The notes below the pieces were generated by a model. It was not told the DNA's origin. It was given only the letters and a program-made list of their open reading frames with translations, and did no database searches. Shown here in pieces: positions 1-9,621 of a stretch of DNA of 64,000 nt. Both the position numbers and the translations under genes were made by a program. Each line of letters starts with the position of its first letter. Within the stretch, counting starts at the first letter, position 1. The DNA comes from Geopsychrobacteraceae bacterium (GTDB lineage: Bacteria > Desulfobacterota > Desulfuromonadia > Desulfuromonadales > Geopsychrobacteraceae). Location of the stretch: contig OY759353.1 in assembly GCA_963662315.1 (NCBI GenBank), forward strand, positions 1,664,001 through 1,728,000, written 5' to 3'.

Positions 1-2
1 AC

Positions 3-104
3 CAGGAAGAAGCCCGTCAGATTCTTCATCAATTAGGCGCAGCAAACGATTACCTGGCTCAGCGGCTGTCAGAAAAAATAGCCGCTTACGACCAATTTCA
101 ATAA
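3..104 (+). CDS. 3' end of a CDS entering from the left (partial, unknown product)
   Basis: Open frame QEEARQILHQLGAANDYLAQRLSEKIAAYDQFQ ending in TAA at 102-104; too short to assign. Confidence 0.5.
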   Translation, partial: QEEARQILHQLGAANDYLAQRLSEKIAAYDQFQ

Positions 105-252
105 CCAACATGACACCCTGAAATCGATCACTGGTTGACAAGTCACCATTTTTAGGCTTGGATGCAGGAATGATAATTCATCTTCTACAACCCCCCTGGC
201 GATTGTACCGGGTCCCGAAACTATAACAACACAGGGTGGGTGGTTTTGTTCT

Positions 253-1662
253 ATGGGAAAAATTCAAAAACACTACAAATTCAGTCAACAGTCGATGCTG
301 GGAAGCATGAAGGAGCTTTCTCCCGCACAGTTTTTGATGCTGTCTTACGCTCTGGTCATTTTTATCGGCACCTTGCTGCTAACGACCCCTTGGGCGGTTC
401 AGCAGGAGCGTCTTTCGTTTCTTGATGCCCTGTTTACAGCAACTTCGGCACTCTGTGTCACCGGCCTCTCGGTCATCGATATCGGCACCAGACTCAGCGG
501 TTTTGGCCAAATGATTGTCCTGACCCTGATTCAACTGGGCGGTCTTGGCATCACCACCTTTTCCGTTTATCTGTTTATTTACCTGCGCGTTGGAGTCAGT
601 ATCCGGGGTCGCTGGATTATTAATGAAACACTGATGCATACGCCGATCAGCTCATGGCGTGACCTGTTGCACGACATCTTTCTGATGACCTTCATTATTG
701 AAGCCACAGGCACCCTGCTGCTCTCCTTCGCCTTTGTGCCAAAATTAGGGTTATGGCCAGGGATATACAGTGCTGCGTTTCACTCTGTTTCAGCCTTTTG
801 CAATGCCGGGTTCTCTTTATTTTCAGACAGTATGGTCAGTTTCCGCGACAGCTCACTGGTTAACATGACGATCATCATGCTCATTGTCCTTGGCGGCATC
901 GGCTTTCTCGTTATTCGCGAGTTGATGCAATTCGCCATTGGTATCGGTGCCACAAGAAAACGCCCCAATCGACTGTCCCTGCATACCAAAATTGTTCTGG
1001 TAACAACCGCCGTCCTGATTATTGGCGGTGCCGGAGCCATTGGCTTGCTGGAAAACCACCAGGCATTGGCTGATATGCCGTTGGCGGAGAAGATCTGGAC
1101 CTCACTGTTTCAGGCAGTGACCGCCCGGACAGCCGGATTTAACAGCATTGACCTCAATCTGTTCGAGGTTCCGACTCTATTTCTGTTGGCCTTTCTCATG
1201 TTTGTTGGCGCGTCACCAGGTTCTGCGGGTGGAGGCGTCAAAACGACCAGTCTGGCGCTGTTCTTTGCTATTTTTCTCAGCCGCCTCAGAGGCCGGCAAA
1301 CAACCAGCCTCTTTCACCGGACTATTCCCGATGATATTGTCAACCGAGCGCTGGCGCTGGTGCTGCTGGCGATCACTCTGATCGGAACGGCGCTGTTTGC
1401 CCTGTTAATTGTCCAGAATCAAGGGTTGGCCCATGAAGACCACCGGCAGTTCCTGCAGTACTTATTTGAAACATTTTCAGCGTTTTCCACCACGGGTTTA
1501 TCTATTGGCGCAACCGCAGCCTTAACCAGCCTCGGCAAAATTATTATCGTACTGCTGATGTTCGCCGGTCGGGTCGGACTGCTGACCATGGCGTTTGCCA
1601 TCGCCGGTCGCACCCGTAATTTCAATGCCAGTTACGCTGAAGAAAATATTATGATCGGCTAA
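253..1662 (+). CDS. ktrB: Ktr/Trk K+ uptake system membrane subunit (KtrB/TrkH family)
   Basis: Repeated pore motifs SALCVTGL, SAFCNAGFS, TARTAGF and SAFSTTGLS; GASPGSAGGGVKTT; ends in IMIG. The start could be later (295 or 308). Confidence 0.93.
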   Translation: MGKIQKHYKFSQQSMLGSMKELSPAQFLMLSYALVIFIGTLLLTTPWAVQQERLSFLDALFTATSALCVTGLSVIDIGTRLSGFGQMIVLTLIQLGGLGITTFSVYLFIYLRVGVSIRGRWIINETLMHTPISSWRDLLHDIFLMTFIIEATGTLLLSFAFVPKLGLWPGIYSAAFHSVSAFCNAGFSLFSDSMVSFRDSSLVNMTIIMLIVLGGIGFLVIRELMQFAIGIGATRKRPNRLSLHTKIVLVTTAVLIIGGAGAIGLLENHQALADMPLAEKIWTSLFQAVTARTAGFNSIDLNLFEVPTLFLLAFLMFVGASPGSAGGGVKTTSLALFFAIFLSRLRGRQTTSLFHRTIPDDIVNRALALVLLAITLIGTALFALLIVQNQGLAHEDHRQFLQYLFETFSAFSTTGLSIGATAALTSLGKIIIVLLMFAGRVGLLTMAFAIAGRTRNFNASYAEENIMIG

Positions 1663-1678
1663 AGCGGAGAAACTCTCT

Positions 1679-2338
1679 ATGAAAAAGAAATTTTGTGTTA
1701 TTGGTCTCGGCAATTTCGGTTATCAGGTGGTCAGCAGTCTTTATGACGCCGGCCACGAAGTCATTGCCATTGATAACGACAAAAACAAGGTTCAAGCCAT
1801 CAAGGACATCTGCAGTTATGCAGTTTTGAGTGATGCTGCGAATAAGGAGTTCCTGAGTTCGCAAAGTATTGCCGATATGGATGCCGTGATCGTGTCCATG
1901 GGTGAGAACTCACACCTTGCGACCCTGGTCACCCTGTACCTGAAAGAGCTGAAGGTCAAAAGAATTCTGGTGAAGGCCCTTAATGTGGACCACGGCCGCA
2001 TTCTCGAAAGGATCGGGGCGACCGATGTCATTTTCCCGGAAAAAGAAATGGCCCAGCGCCTTGCTCACAATCTGACTAGTCCTAACATTCTTGAATTTAT
2101 CCCCCTGGCAGAAGAATACTCACTCTCTGAATCAGAACCGCCCAAGGCATTCATCGGCAAGACCCTGGCAGAACTCAACCTGCGCCGTAAATATGGCGTG
2201 ACTGTCATTGCCATCAAAGATGTGCTGACCGACAGTTTTATTGCCGCTCCACCCCCAGATCATCTGATTAAAAATAGTGATTTACTGATCTTAATCGGCA
2301 AATCGGATGATATTGAAAAAGCCCTGGCCCAGAGCTGA
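1679..2338 (+). CDS. ktrA: Ktr/Trk K+ uptake regulatory RCK subunit (KtrA/TrkA)
   Basis: VIGLGNFG Rossmann motif, GATDVIFPE, C-terminal TrkA_C domain (GKTLAELNLRRKYGVTVIAIK); lies directly after ktrB. Confidence 0.93.
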   Translation: MKKKFCVIGLGNFGYQVVSSLYDAGHEVIAIDNDKNKVQAIKDICSYAVLSDAANKEFLSSQSIADMDAVIVSMGENSHLATLVTLYLKELKVKRILVKALNVDHGRILERIGATDVIFPEKEMAQRLAHNLTSPNILEFIPLAEEYSLSESEPPKAFIGKTLAELNLRRKYGVTVIAIKDVLTDSFIAAPPPDHLIKNSDLLILIGKSDDIEKALAQS

Positions 2339-2445
2339 CCTTCCTAGAAAGCCAACCCGCTGGATATTCCGCCAGTGCCCGACAGCTCATAACATCAATA
2401 GCAAACTCGGGCAGGTTGAGCGCCAACAGAGTCAACGTTCCTTCG

Positions 2446-2485
2446 ACAGCAGATCTCCTGCAGAGCAAGAGATCTGCTGTTTTCT
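2446..2485 (+). terminator. Probable intrinsic terminator after ktrBA
   Basis: 12-bp inverted repeat ACAGCAGATCTC...GAGATCTGCTGT followed by TTTCT. Confidence 0.6.
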
Positions 2486-2945
2486 GTGCCGCCATTTTCT
2501 CCCGTTAGGCGCTCCACAGCCAACAGGAGGTCAGCACAGCTCACTCCCCTCTGTACACCAATAATCCGTTGTGGCACCTGCGAATCACTGGCAATAATCA
2601 TAATGACAAGCTCCCTCTGTGGCCTGATTTGCATGCATAACCTTGCAAATTACGTCAAAAAACCAGATTTTTTGGCAAAGCGTAGCCCAGAAATCTCAAT
2701 GATAACCTCATCGATCAAATTTTTTTAAGCTCTTATGGCGCAACATGACAGACTTGGGTCCATTTTGCATTGCCATAATAAATCCTTCTAATCAGGATAT
2801 CTTTGTGTTGTGTTTTTAATATTTTTTTAGCATAAACGAGACGCTGTTTTACATTATGAAACAAAAGTCAAATGTCACACACGTGACGTTTCAGGCCGCA
2901 AGGCTATCCCCTTCAACTTTTTTGTTTTGTGTAAAAGGAGCAGTT

Positions 2946-3929
2946 ATGAACAGTAAGTTTATGAAAATCGGACTGATAGCAATGGCGCTGTGTCTGATAG
3001 CAATGGCGCTGTGTCTGATAGCAAGCTCACCTCTTTTAGCAGCAAATTTCCCCAGCAAAACAGTCACTGTTATCTGCCCCTGGTCTGCCGGTGGCGGAAC
3101 CGATACCATCCTGCGCGGTCTGGCCAAGCAGACCGAAACCTTCCTCGGTCAGAACATTACTGTCGTCAACAAAACCGGCGGTGGTGGCGCTATCGGCCAT
3201 GGCGCAGGGATTCACGCACGCCCTGACGGTTACACCGTCACGATGGTGACTTTTGAGATCATCTCACTGCCGCCTCAGGGTCTGGTCCCATTTACTTACA
3301 AAGATTACGATTTGTTGATGCGGGTCAACATGGATCCAGCGGCCATCACAGTTCCCAAGGATGCGCCCTACAATACCATTGCCGAATTCGTTGATTACGC
3401 CAAACAGCACCCCGGTCAGATCAAGGTTGGCCACTCCGGCCCTGGTTCTGTCTGGCAGATTGCCGGTGGGATCTTTGCCGAAAAAGCAGGCATTGATCTG
3501 ACTTTTGTTCCCCATGATGGTGCGGCACCAGCTGTTACCGCACTGGTCGGCAAACATATTCAGGCTGTTTCGGTCAGCCCCGCAGAAGTGCAGGGCCAAG
3601 TGGAAGCCGGTTCCCTCAAAATTCTTGCAATTATGAGCGATAAACGTTTGCCCAACTTCCCGGACGTACCGACCATGAAAGAAGCTGGTTATGATGTCAG
3701 CTTCGGCACCTGGCGTGGTCTGGCGGTACCGAACAAGACTCCTGCAGCAGTCAAACAGACTCTGCATGATGCCTTTAAAAAAGGAATGGAAAGCGAAGCA
3801 TTCCAGAAATTTGCCAAAGATTCAGGCCTGGGCCTGGCCTACATGAATGCAGACGATTGGGGTAAAGACCTCGAAGCTGCATCAACCAACGTCGCCACCA
3901 CGATGAAAAAGCTGGGTCTGGCAAAATAA
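2946..3929 (+). CDS. tctC: Tripartite tricarboxylate transporter substrate-binding protein (TctC/Bug)
   Basis: AAAGGAG RBS before ATG 2946; signal peptide; PWSAGGGTD, VVNKTGGGGAIG, PDGYT, PDVPTMKEAG and TWRGLAVP motifs. Confidence 0.92.
   Translation: MNSKFMKIGLIAMALCLIAMALCLIASSPLLAANFPSKTVTVICPWSAGGGTDTILRGLAKQTETFLGQNITVVNKTGGGGAIGHGAGIHARPDGYTVTMVTFEIISLPPQGLVPFTYKDYDLLMRVNMDPAAITVPKDAPYNTIAEFVDYAKQHPGQIKVGHSGPGSVWQIAGGIFAEKAGIDLTFVPHDGAAPAVTALVGKHIQAVSVSPAEVQGQVEAGSLKILAIMSDKRLPNFPDVPTMKEAGYDVSFGTWRGLAVPNKTPAAVKQTLHDAFKKGMESEAFQKFAKDSGLGLAYMNADDWGKDLEAASTNVATTMKKLGLAK
2973..3024 (+). repeat. 21-bp in-frame tandem repeat (2.5 copies) in the TctC signal peptide
   Basis: CTGATAGCAATGGCGCTGTGT twice, then CTGATAGCAA; encodes LIAMALC-LIAMALC-LIA. 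Confidence 0.95.
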
Positions 3930-3949
3930 GATTAATATCTGATGACCTT

Positions 3950-3977
3950 AACGGGGCAGTCTCATACTGCCCCGTTT
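3950..3977 (+). terminator. Intercistronic hairpin after tctC (mRNA stabiliser or partial terminator)
   Basis: AACGGGGCAGT-ctcat-ACTGCCCCGTT. Confidence 0.55.
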
Positions 3978-4004
3978 CATTTCCTTACACTTAAAGATTC
4001 AATT

Positions 4005-4472
4005 ATGAAACGAGCTGATTTAATTATTGGTTGCCTGGGCCTGATCCTGACCCTTTATATCTGGATAACAACAGCAAGCTTTCCGGAAGATCAGGTTGTT
4101 CGGGTTGGGCCTGCTTTTTTTCCGAGAATGCTGGCCGTTGGATTGGGACTGACAAGCCTCTGCCTCATTATTCAGGCCATCGTAAAAGTCGCCGCTACGG
4201 AGCAGGGCAGTGCATCTCTGTCACTGAGCGATCCTGGTATCCGGCGTGCGCTGACGGCTTTGGCAGCAACAATTATCTACTGCCTGCTGCTCGAAACATT
4301 AGGCTTCATACCACTGTCTATCGCTTATCTGATTCTGCTGATGCTGCTGCTTAAAGAAAAAAAATATATCCAGATGAGTCTTACATCTGTTGCTGTTACC
4401 GGGGTTTTGTACGCGGTTTTTAATCTGCTGCTGAACATAACCCTGCCGCTGGGGTCGCTCTATGGATTTTAA
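4005..4472 (+). CDS. tctB: Tripartite tricarboxylate transporter small membrane subunit TctB
   Basis: Hydrophobic; GPAFFPR, LLETLGF and C-terminal LNITLPLG motifs; sits between tctC and tctA. Confidence 0.88.
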   Translation: MKRADLIIGCLGLILTLYIWITTASFPEDQVVRVGPAFFPRMLAVGLGLTSLCLIIQAIVKVAATEQGSASLSLSDPGIRRALTALAATIIYCLLLETLGFIPLSIAYLILLMLLLKEKKYIQMSLTSVAVTGVLYAVFNLLLNITLPLGSLYGF

Positions 4473-5982
4473 TCTCTTTCTCGACGGTTTTTTAACGATT
4501 TTCCAGCTGAAACCCATGCTTATGGTGTTCATGGGAGCAGCCGGAGGCATTATGGTCGGCTCCCTTCCGGGACTGACTGCCACCATGGGTGTGGCGCTGC
4601 TGGTCCCCTTTACATTCGGTCTTCCCATCGGCGAAGCAATGGGTATGCTGCTGGGAATATTCAGTGGCGCCATTTACGGCGGATCCATCTCGGCGATTCT
4701 GATCAGAACGCCAGGTACACCAGCCGCAGCCGCGACCTTACTCGACGGTTACCCGCTGACCAAGCAGGGAGAAGCCGGTCGTGCGCTGAGCATGTCGGTT
4801 TTTTCTTCCTTTATCGGCGGTCTGACCGGCGCTCTGATCATGACCTTTTTATCTCCCCAGATTTCCAAGATCGCTCTTGAGTTCAGTGCTGCCGAATATT
4901 TTGCCCTGGCGGTATTCGGCTTATCCATCATCATTTCGGTATCGGGAGGATCGATCACCAAGGGGGTCTTTGCTGGTTTTTTCGGGTTGCTGATTTCAAC
5001 GATTGGCCTCGACCCGGTCTCCGGCTATCCACGCTTCATTTTCGGGTCCATGGATCTGATGGAAGGTCCGGCGTTTATCCCGACCCTGATTGGCCTGTTT
5101 GCCTTTTCGGAAGTGTTCAAGGGGGTCGAATCATTGGTTGGCAGTAAACAGGCCATCAGTAAAATTAACAGTGTCTTTCCCACCTGGGCAGATATCCGGG
5201 TGTCCTGGAAAGATATTCTGAAGTCGAGCATCATGGGCACCTTTATTGGTGCCATCCCTGGAGCGGGCAGTGATATTGCAGCATTTGTCGGTTACAGTGA
5301 AGCTAAACGCCGCTCTAAAAATCCGGAAAAATTCGGTACCGGAGCAATTGAAGGTGTCGCAGCCGCAGAATCAGCCAACAACGCCTGCACCGGTGGTGCA
5401 ATGATCCCTCTGCTGTCCCTCGGCATTCCGGGCGATGCTGTTACCGCTGTTTTGCTCGGCGCCTTTATTATTCAGGGCCTGCGCCCCGGCCCGCTGCTGT
5501 ACCGGGACCATATGGATGTTGTCTACTCGGTTTTCGCTGCCATGATCATTGCCAATATTGCCATGTTCATTGTCGGCCTTCTGGGGGTACGCTTTTTTGC
5601 CCGGATTATTTCGCTGCGCAAAAGCATGTTATTGCCGATTATTTTCCTGCTCTCCATCGTCGGTTCTTACTCCATGCGCAACAGTGTCTTTGACATCTGG
5701 GTCGCGATTGTCTTTGGTGTCATCGGCTATATTCTGCAACGCTATCAGTTTCCGGTTTCTCCCATTCTGCTGGCACTGATCCTGGGACCAATGGCCGAAT
5801 CGAACCTGCGCCGCTCGTTGATCATCAACGACGGTTCAATCCTGTCTGTTTTAACCAGACCAATCACTGCAACGTTCCTGGTTCTTGGACTGTTATCGCT
5901 GGTTACTTCTGTCATGCGTCAACGGCGTATGAATAAACGTATGGCTGACCTACTGGGAACCTCAGCAAAAGAGGATTCCTGA
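4462..5982 (+). CDS. tctA: Tripartite tricarboxylate transporter large membrane subunit TctA
   Basis: GSLPGLTATMGVALL, YGGSISAILIRTPGTP, GVAAAESANNA and LSLGIPGD motifs. Confidence 0.95.
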   Translation: MDFNLFLDGFLTIFQLKPMLMVFMGAAGGIMVGSLPGLTATMGVALLVPFTFGLPIGEAMGMLLGIFSGAIYGGSISAILIRTPGTPAAAATLLDGYPLTKQGEAGRALSMSVFSSFIGGLTGALIMTFLSPQISKIALEFSAAEYFALAVFGLSIIISVSGGSITKGVFAGFFGLLISTIGLDPVSGYPRFIFGSMDLMEGPAFIPTLIGLFAFSEVFKGVESLVGSKQAISKINSVFPTWADIRVSWKDILKSSIMGTFIGAIPGAGSDIAAFVGYSEAKRRSKNPEKFGTGAIEGVAAAESANNACTGGAMIPLLSLGIPGDAVTAVLLGAFIIQGLRPGPLLYRDHMDVVYSVFAAMIIANIAMFIVGLLGVRFFARIISLRKSMLLPIIFLLSIVGSYSMRNSVFDIWVAIVFGVIGYILQRYQFPVSPILLALILGPMAESNLRRSLIINDGSILSVLTRPITATFLVLGLLSLVTSVMRQRRMNKRMADLLGTSAKEDS

Positions 5983-6135
5983 ACATGTGAATCTGCGCAG
6001 TCTCTGCCTGTTCTGATCAACACCGGAGCATGCGGGGGTTGCGCAAAAAGCTCAAAGTCCAGCTGAATTTCCTTCAACCTGCCAACAGATATCCGCTATC
6101 TTAACCAGATCCAAAAACTTCACTACGGATTTTTT

Positions 6136-7134
6136 ATGGCAGCGTTTCAAACAGTATTCACGACGAAAATTACCCGCGCACGCAACCTGATTCAGGTTGC
6201 ATTTTTAGGCTGGAGCCTGTATCTCGGATTGCGCCTAGCCGCATTTGTTGAATACCTGAACAGCCGCGGACAGTTGCCTGCCGTTGAACGCCCCACCGGA
6301 GTTGATGCGTACCTCCCCATCGGAGCGTTGATCAGTCTCAAAAATTGGCTTGTCAATGATCAGTTTGATCGCCTCCATCCGGCAGCTCTGGTCCTGCTTC
6401 TGACCTTTCTGGCATTGGCGTTCCTGACGCGTAAATCGTTCTGTGCATGGATCTGTCCCGTTGGTGCCGTCAGCGAGGGGCTCTACCGCAGCCAGGAACG
6501 TATCAGCAGGGTCCGTCTGCGATTATGGCCCTGGCTGGACAAGCTATTAATGGGGGTGAAATACCTGCTGCTGCTATTTTTTGTCAAACTGATTATTGAT
6601 ATGCCCCCCGCTAGCCTGCAAAGTTTTTTGGCCTCGCCTTACTGGGCCCTCAGTGACATAAAGATGCTACATTTCTTTACGGCACCAACAGCGACAACTG
6701 TCGTGGTAATTACGATTCTGGCTGTGCTTTCATTGTTTATACGCCTGTTCTGGTGTCGTTACCTCTGCCCTTATGGAGCACTGCTGGGTCTTTTCAGTTG
6801 GTTGAGCCCGAGTAGAATTGCCCGCCAGACAAACAGCTGCAAAAACTGTGGTCAGTGCGATAGAGCGTGCCCGGCATCCCTGAAAATTTCATCCTGCGAC
6901 ACCATAACCTCGGTAGAATGTACCGGTTGCCTCACCTGTGTTCAGAGCTGTCCACAGCCCGAGACACTGCACATGACTACGGCCCGCCGCCGCGTTCCGG
7001 CCTGGGGTTTTATGTTATTGGTGATCATTGTTTTCAGTTGCGGCGTCTGTGCAGGGATGATCAGTGGCCATTGGCACAGTTCTCTGACCGAGGCGGATTA
7101 TGCTAGACTGATCCCATTATTGCAGCGGCTATGA
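6136..7134 (+). CDS. Membrane-bound 4Fe-4S protein (YccM/NapH-like)
   Basis: Two CxxxCP motifs (FCAWICP, WCRYLCP), two CxxCxxCxxxCP ferredoxin motifs and several TM helices. Confidence 0.85.
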   Translation: MAAFQTVFTTKITRARNLIQVAFLGWSLYLGLRLAAFVEYLNSRGQLPAVERPTGVDAYLPIGALISLKNWLVNDQFDRLHPAALVLLLTFLALAFLTRKSFCAWICPVGAVSEGLYRSQERISRVRLRLWPWLDKLLMGVKYLLLLFFVKLIIDMPPASLQSFLASPYWALSDIKMLHFFTAPTATTVVVITILAVLSLFIRLFWCRYLCPYGALLGLFSWLSPSRIARQTNSCKNCGQCDRACPASLKISSCDTITSVECTGCLTCVQSCPQPETLHMTTARRRVPAWGFMLLVIIVFSCGVCAGMISGHWHSSLTEADYARLIPLLQRL

Positions 7135-7148
7135 AAAAAGGATAAAAC

Positions 7149-7517
7149 ATGATGCGAGTATTTTTCACCTGCGGTGCACTGTCGGCGGGTTTTGCCGTAG
7201 CGGCCGGAGCCTTTGGCAGCCATGCGCTTAAAACACGTCTGTCCCCTGAGATGCTGACAGTTTTCGAAGTTGGCGTCCGCTACCAGATGTATCACGCCTT
7301 CGCCCTAATGGCGACAGCCTGGGCCATCAGTCGCAGCGGCAACGCCCTGCTAACCATTAGCGGCTGGCTGTTCATCAGCGGGACGCTGTTGTTTTCCGGC
7401 AGCCTTTATGCCCTGAGTACTAGCGGCATTAAAACCCTTGGAATGATTACCCCGTTAGGTGGAGTCGCATTCCTGGCCGGGTGGCTGACCCTGGCGATTG
7501 GTTTCTGGAAAAGCTGA
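7149..7517 (+). CDS. DUF423 (YgdD/TMEM256) family membrane protein
   Basis: GAFGSHAL, YQMYHA, LFSGSLY and ITPLGG motifs. Confidence 0.9.
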   Translation: MMRVFFTCGALSAGFAVAAGAFGSHALKTRLSPEMLTVFEVGVRYQMYHAFALMATAWAISRSGNALLTISGWLFISGTLLFSGSLYALSTSGIKTLGMITPLGGVAFLAGWLTLAIGFWKS

Positions 7518-7520
7518 AGA

Positions 7521-7586
7521 TTTACAAATCTTTACCAGATATATAACCGGTTTTACTAGTCATAAAGGAAAAGAGTCAGTTATAAT
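7521..7586 (+). promoter_or_regulatory. Candidate promoter for the BI-1 family gene: TTTAC-N5-TTTAC repeat plus TATAAT -10
   Basis: TTTACaaatcTTTAC at 7521-7535, a third TTTAC at 7552 and a perfect TATAAT at 7581-7586; no good -35. Confidence 0.4.
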
Positions 7587-7780
7587 GACTGAAAATTCTA
7601 AGACGAATCAACAACTCGTAGCTTATTAAGATCGGAAACGGGTTTTATTCGTTTTGGCCGACAAATTCAGGGCCTGTGAAGAGGCGTGGAACCCTCACAA
7701 ACAGGACCGCTGATTGACACCGCCACAGCGCAAGAGGGGCGTTTCCAACAGGAAACAAAAATTAAAGGAGAAACAAAATC

Positions 7781-8482
7781 ATGCTCAACCAACACAATGT
7801 CTATTCAGACAGCAGAGCTCTCAGCATTTCCAACAGCTACTTTCAAAAAGTTTATCTGTGGATGACGATTGGCCTGTTAACCACCACAGCCGCCGCTTTC
7901 TTTATGCTGACCAGTGCCAGCCTGCAACAGATGATTTTCGGCAATCGCATGGCCTTTTATGGTCTAATGATAGCGGAATTTGGCCTGGTGATCTTTATGA
8001 CGGCGGCAATTAACCGTATCAGTTCCGCGACAGCAACCCTTATGTTTCTGGGTTATTCCGCGCTGAACGGAATAACTTTTTCCGCTATTTTCCTGGTCTA
8101 TACCCAAAGCTCCATTGTCAGTACGTTCCTGGTAACAGCTGGAACCTTTGCGGCGATGAGCATGTATGGCTATGCCACCAAACGAGACCTGACCGGCTTT
8201 GGCAGTTTTCTGTTCATGGGTCTGATCGGTATTGTCATTGCCTCACTGGTCAACATGTTCCTGCACAACCAGATGATTTACTGGATCACCAGCTATCTGG
8301 GTGTCTTCATCTTTGTTGGCTTGACCGCCTATGACACACAAAAGATCAAACGTATCGGGCAGGCGGGTTTTGCCAGTGAACAACACTATAAAAAAGCAGC
8401 GATCCTTGGTGCGTTGACTCTGTACCTTGACTTTATTAACCTGTTTCTGATGCTTTTGAGAATCATGGGGAACCGCCGCTAG
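7781..8482 (+). CDS. Bax inhibitor-1/YccA/YbhL family membrane protein
   Basis: AAGGAG RBS; seven TM helices; GLTAYDTQKIK and ALTLYLDFINLFL motifs. Confidence 0.93.
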   Translation: MLNQHNVYSDSRALSISNSYFQKVYLWMTIGLLTTTAAAFFMLTSASLQQMIFGNRMAFYGLMIAEFGLVIFMTAAINRISSATATLMFLGYSALNGITFSAIFLVYTQSSIVSTFLVTAGTFAAMSMYGYATKRDLTGFGSFLFMGLIGIVIASLVNMFLHNQMIYWITSYLGVFIFVGLTAYDTQKIKRIGQAGFASEQHYKKAAILGALTLYLDFINLFLMLLRIMGNRR

Positions 8483-8543
8483 TATTCAGACTGAAACAAC
8501 TTAGATTCAACGTTGGAATATAGACAAAATGAGGGTTATAGCC

Positions 8544-8569
8544 AGTCCGGAGCAACCACGCTCCGGACT
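8544..8569. terminator. Hairpin between convergent genes
   Basis: AGTCCGGAGC-aaccac-GCTCCGGACT. Confidence 0.5.
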
Positions 8570-9465
8570 TAATCATTTCCAACCGGATATTCTGGTGCGG
8601 CACTTGGAGGTGTCACCATAGCTTCGGTGCGCTCACGCACCACCAATATCCCCGAGGCCACAATTAATAGGGTTCCCACCAACATGGCAATATCCGGGGT
8701 CTCTCCCCAAAAGACAAACCCAAAAAAACCGGCGAAGATCAACCCCGTAAATCCAAGCGGGGAAACCTGAGAGGCCGGAGCAAGTTTGTAAGCACGTGTC
8801 AGCAGCAGCTGCCCAAGCGTCCCGACAGCGGCCAGACCCAACAAAACAAAGGCCAGATCCCAGGTGGGAACCTTAAAATCCCAGAGCATAGGAACTGCGG
8901 AAATCACACTGCTTAATAAAGAAAAATAAAGCACAATACGCGTTCCCGGTTCAGTGTCTGACAAACGCTTTACCGAAGTTAAAGCCAAACCACCCAGGAC
9001 ACCAGAGGTTAAGCCTGCCAATCCTGCTAAGGAAGCAACTACGGCAGTGGGCTGAAACAGGCACACCACCCCGCCAATACCGATAATAACAGCCAGCTTA
9101 CGACTGCGGGTTAGTTGCTCTTTTAACCAGCACTTTGCAAAAATGGCGACAAAAATAGGAGACGTATAATTGAGCAGAACCGCACCAGCCAGAGGCAGGT
9201 TGGATATGGCATAGAAGTAAAGAACCATTGCCGTCAGCCCTGCTCCTGTGCGCAACAGGTGAAAATGAAAACACTTGGTTTTCAGACAGACTCTCTGCTG
9301 CAAAACCAGGGGAAGCAGCAGGAGTAAGCCAATAAAATTACGAAAAAAGATAACTTCGCTCCGAGGCAGCTCTGCCGCAGCAACCCGGACAAATGCCGCC
9401 ATAGAGGCAAAACAGCAGGCAGAAAAAATCGCCAGAACAGCCCAGTGCGAAAACAGGCGTTTCAT
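8569..9465 (-). CDS. DMT/EamA family transporter
   Basis: About 10 TM helices in two EamA repeats (EVIFFR, YTSPIF, LTRAYKLAPAS, FWGETP); GAGG RBS before ATG 9465. Confidence 0.9.
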   Translation of the reverse strand: MKRLFSHWAVLAIFSACCFASMAAFVRVAAAELPRSEVIFFRNFIGLLLLLPLVLQQRVCLKTKCFHFHLLRTGAGLTAMVLYFYAISNLPLAGAVLLNYTSPIFVAIFAKCWLKEQLTRSRKLAVIIGIGGVVCLFQPTAVVASLAGLAGLTSGVLGGLALTSVKRLSDTEPGTRIVLYFSLLSSVISAVPMLWDFKVPTWDLAFVLLGLAAVGTLGQLLLTRAYKLAPASQVSPLGFTGLIFAGFFGFVFWGETPDIAMLVGTLLIVASGILVVRERTEAMVTPPSAAPEYPVGND

Positions 9466-9621
9466 AAAAAAAACCTCTAAACAATTTGGATAGCAGACGG
9501 AAACAGGCCATTTCCGCTGTAGGAGTGTCAATCTTTTGGATAGCCGTACAAGAAGTATGTGGTAACGGTTACACCCGTTGCCCGGTAAATGCAATCAATT
9601 GTCTTTGCCGGGCACTGATTT

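Noticed and set aside
105..252. c-di-AMP (ydaO) riboswitch upstream of ktrB
   Set aside because: Expected from context, but the conserved ydaO elements are not visible; only a weak CCCCCCTG/CAGGGTGGG pairing.
2871..2890. Imperfect palindrome AATGTCACACACGTGACGTT upstream of tctC
   Set aside because: It may be an operator, but it is a single imperfect copy with no candidate regulator nearby.
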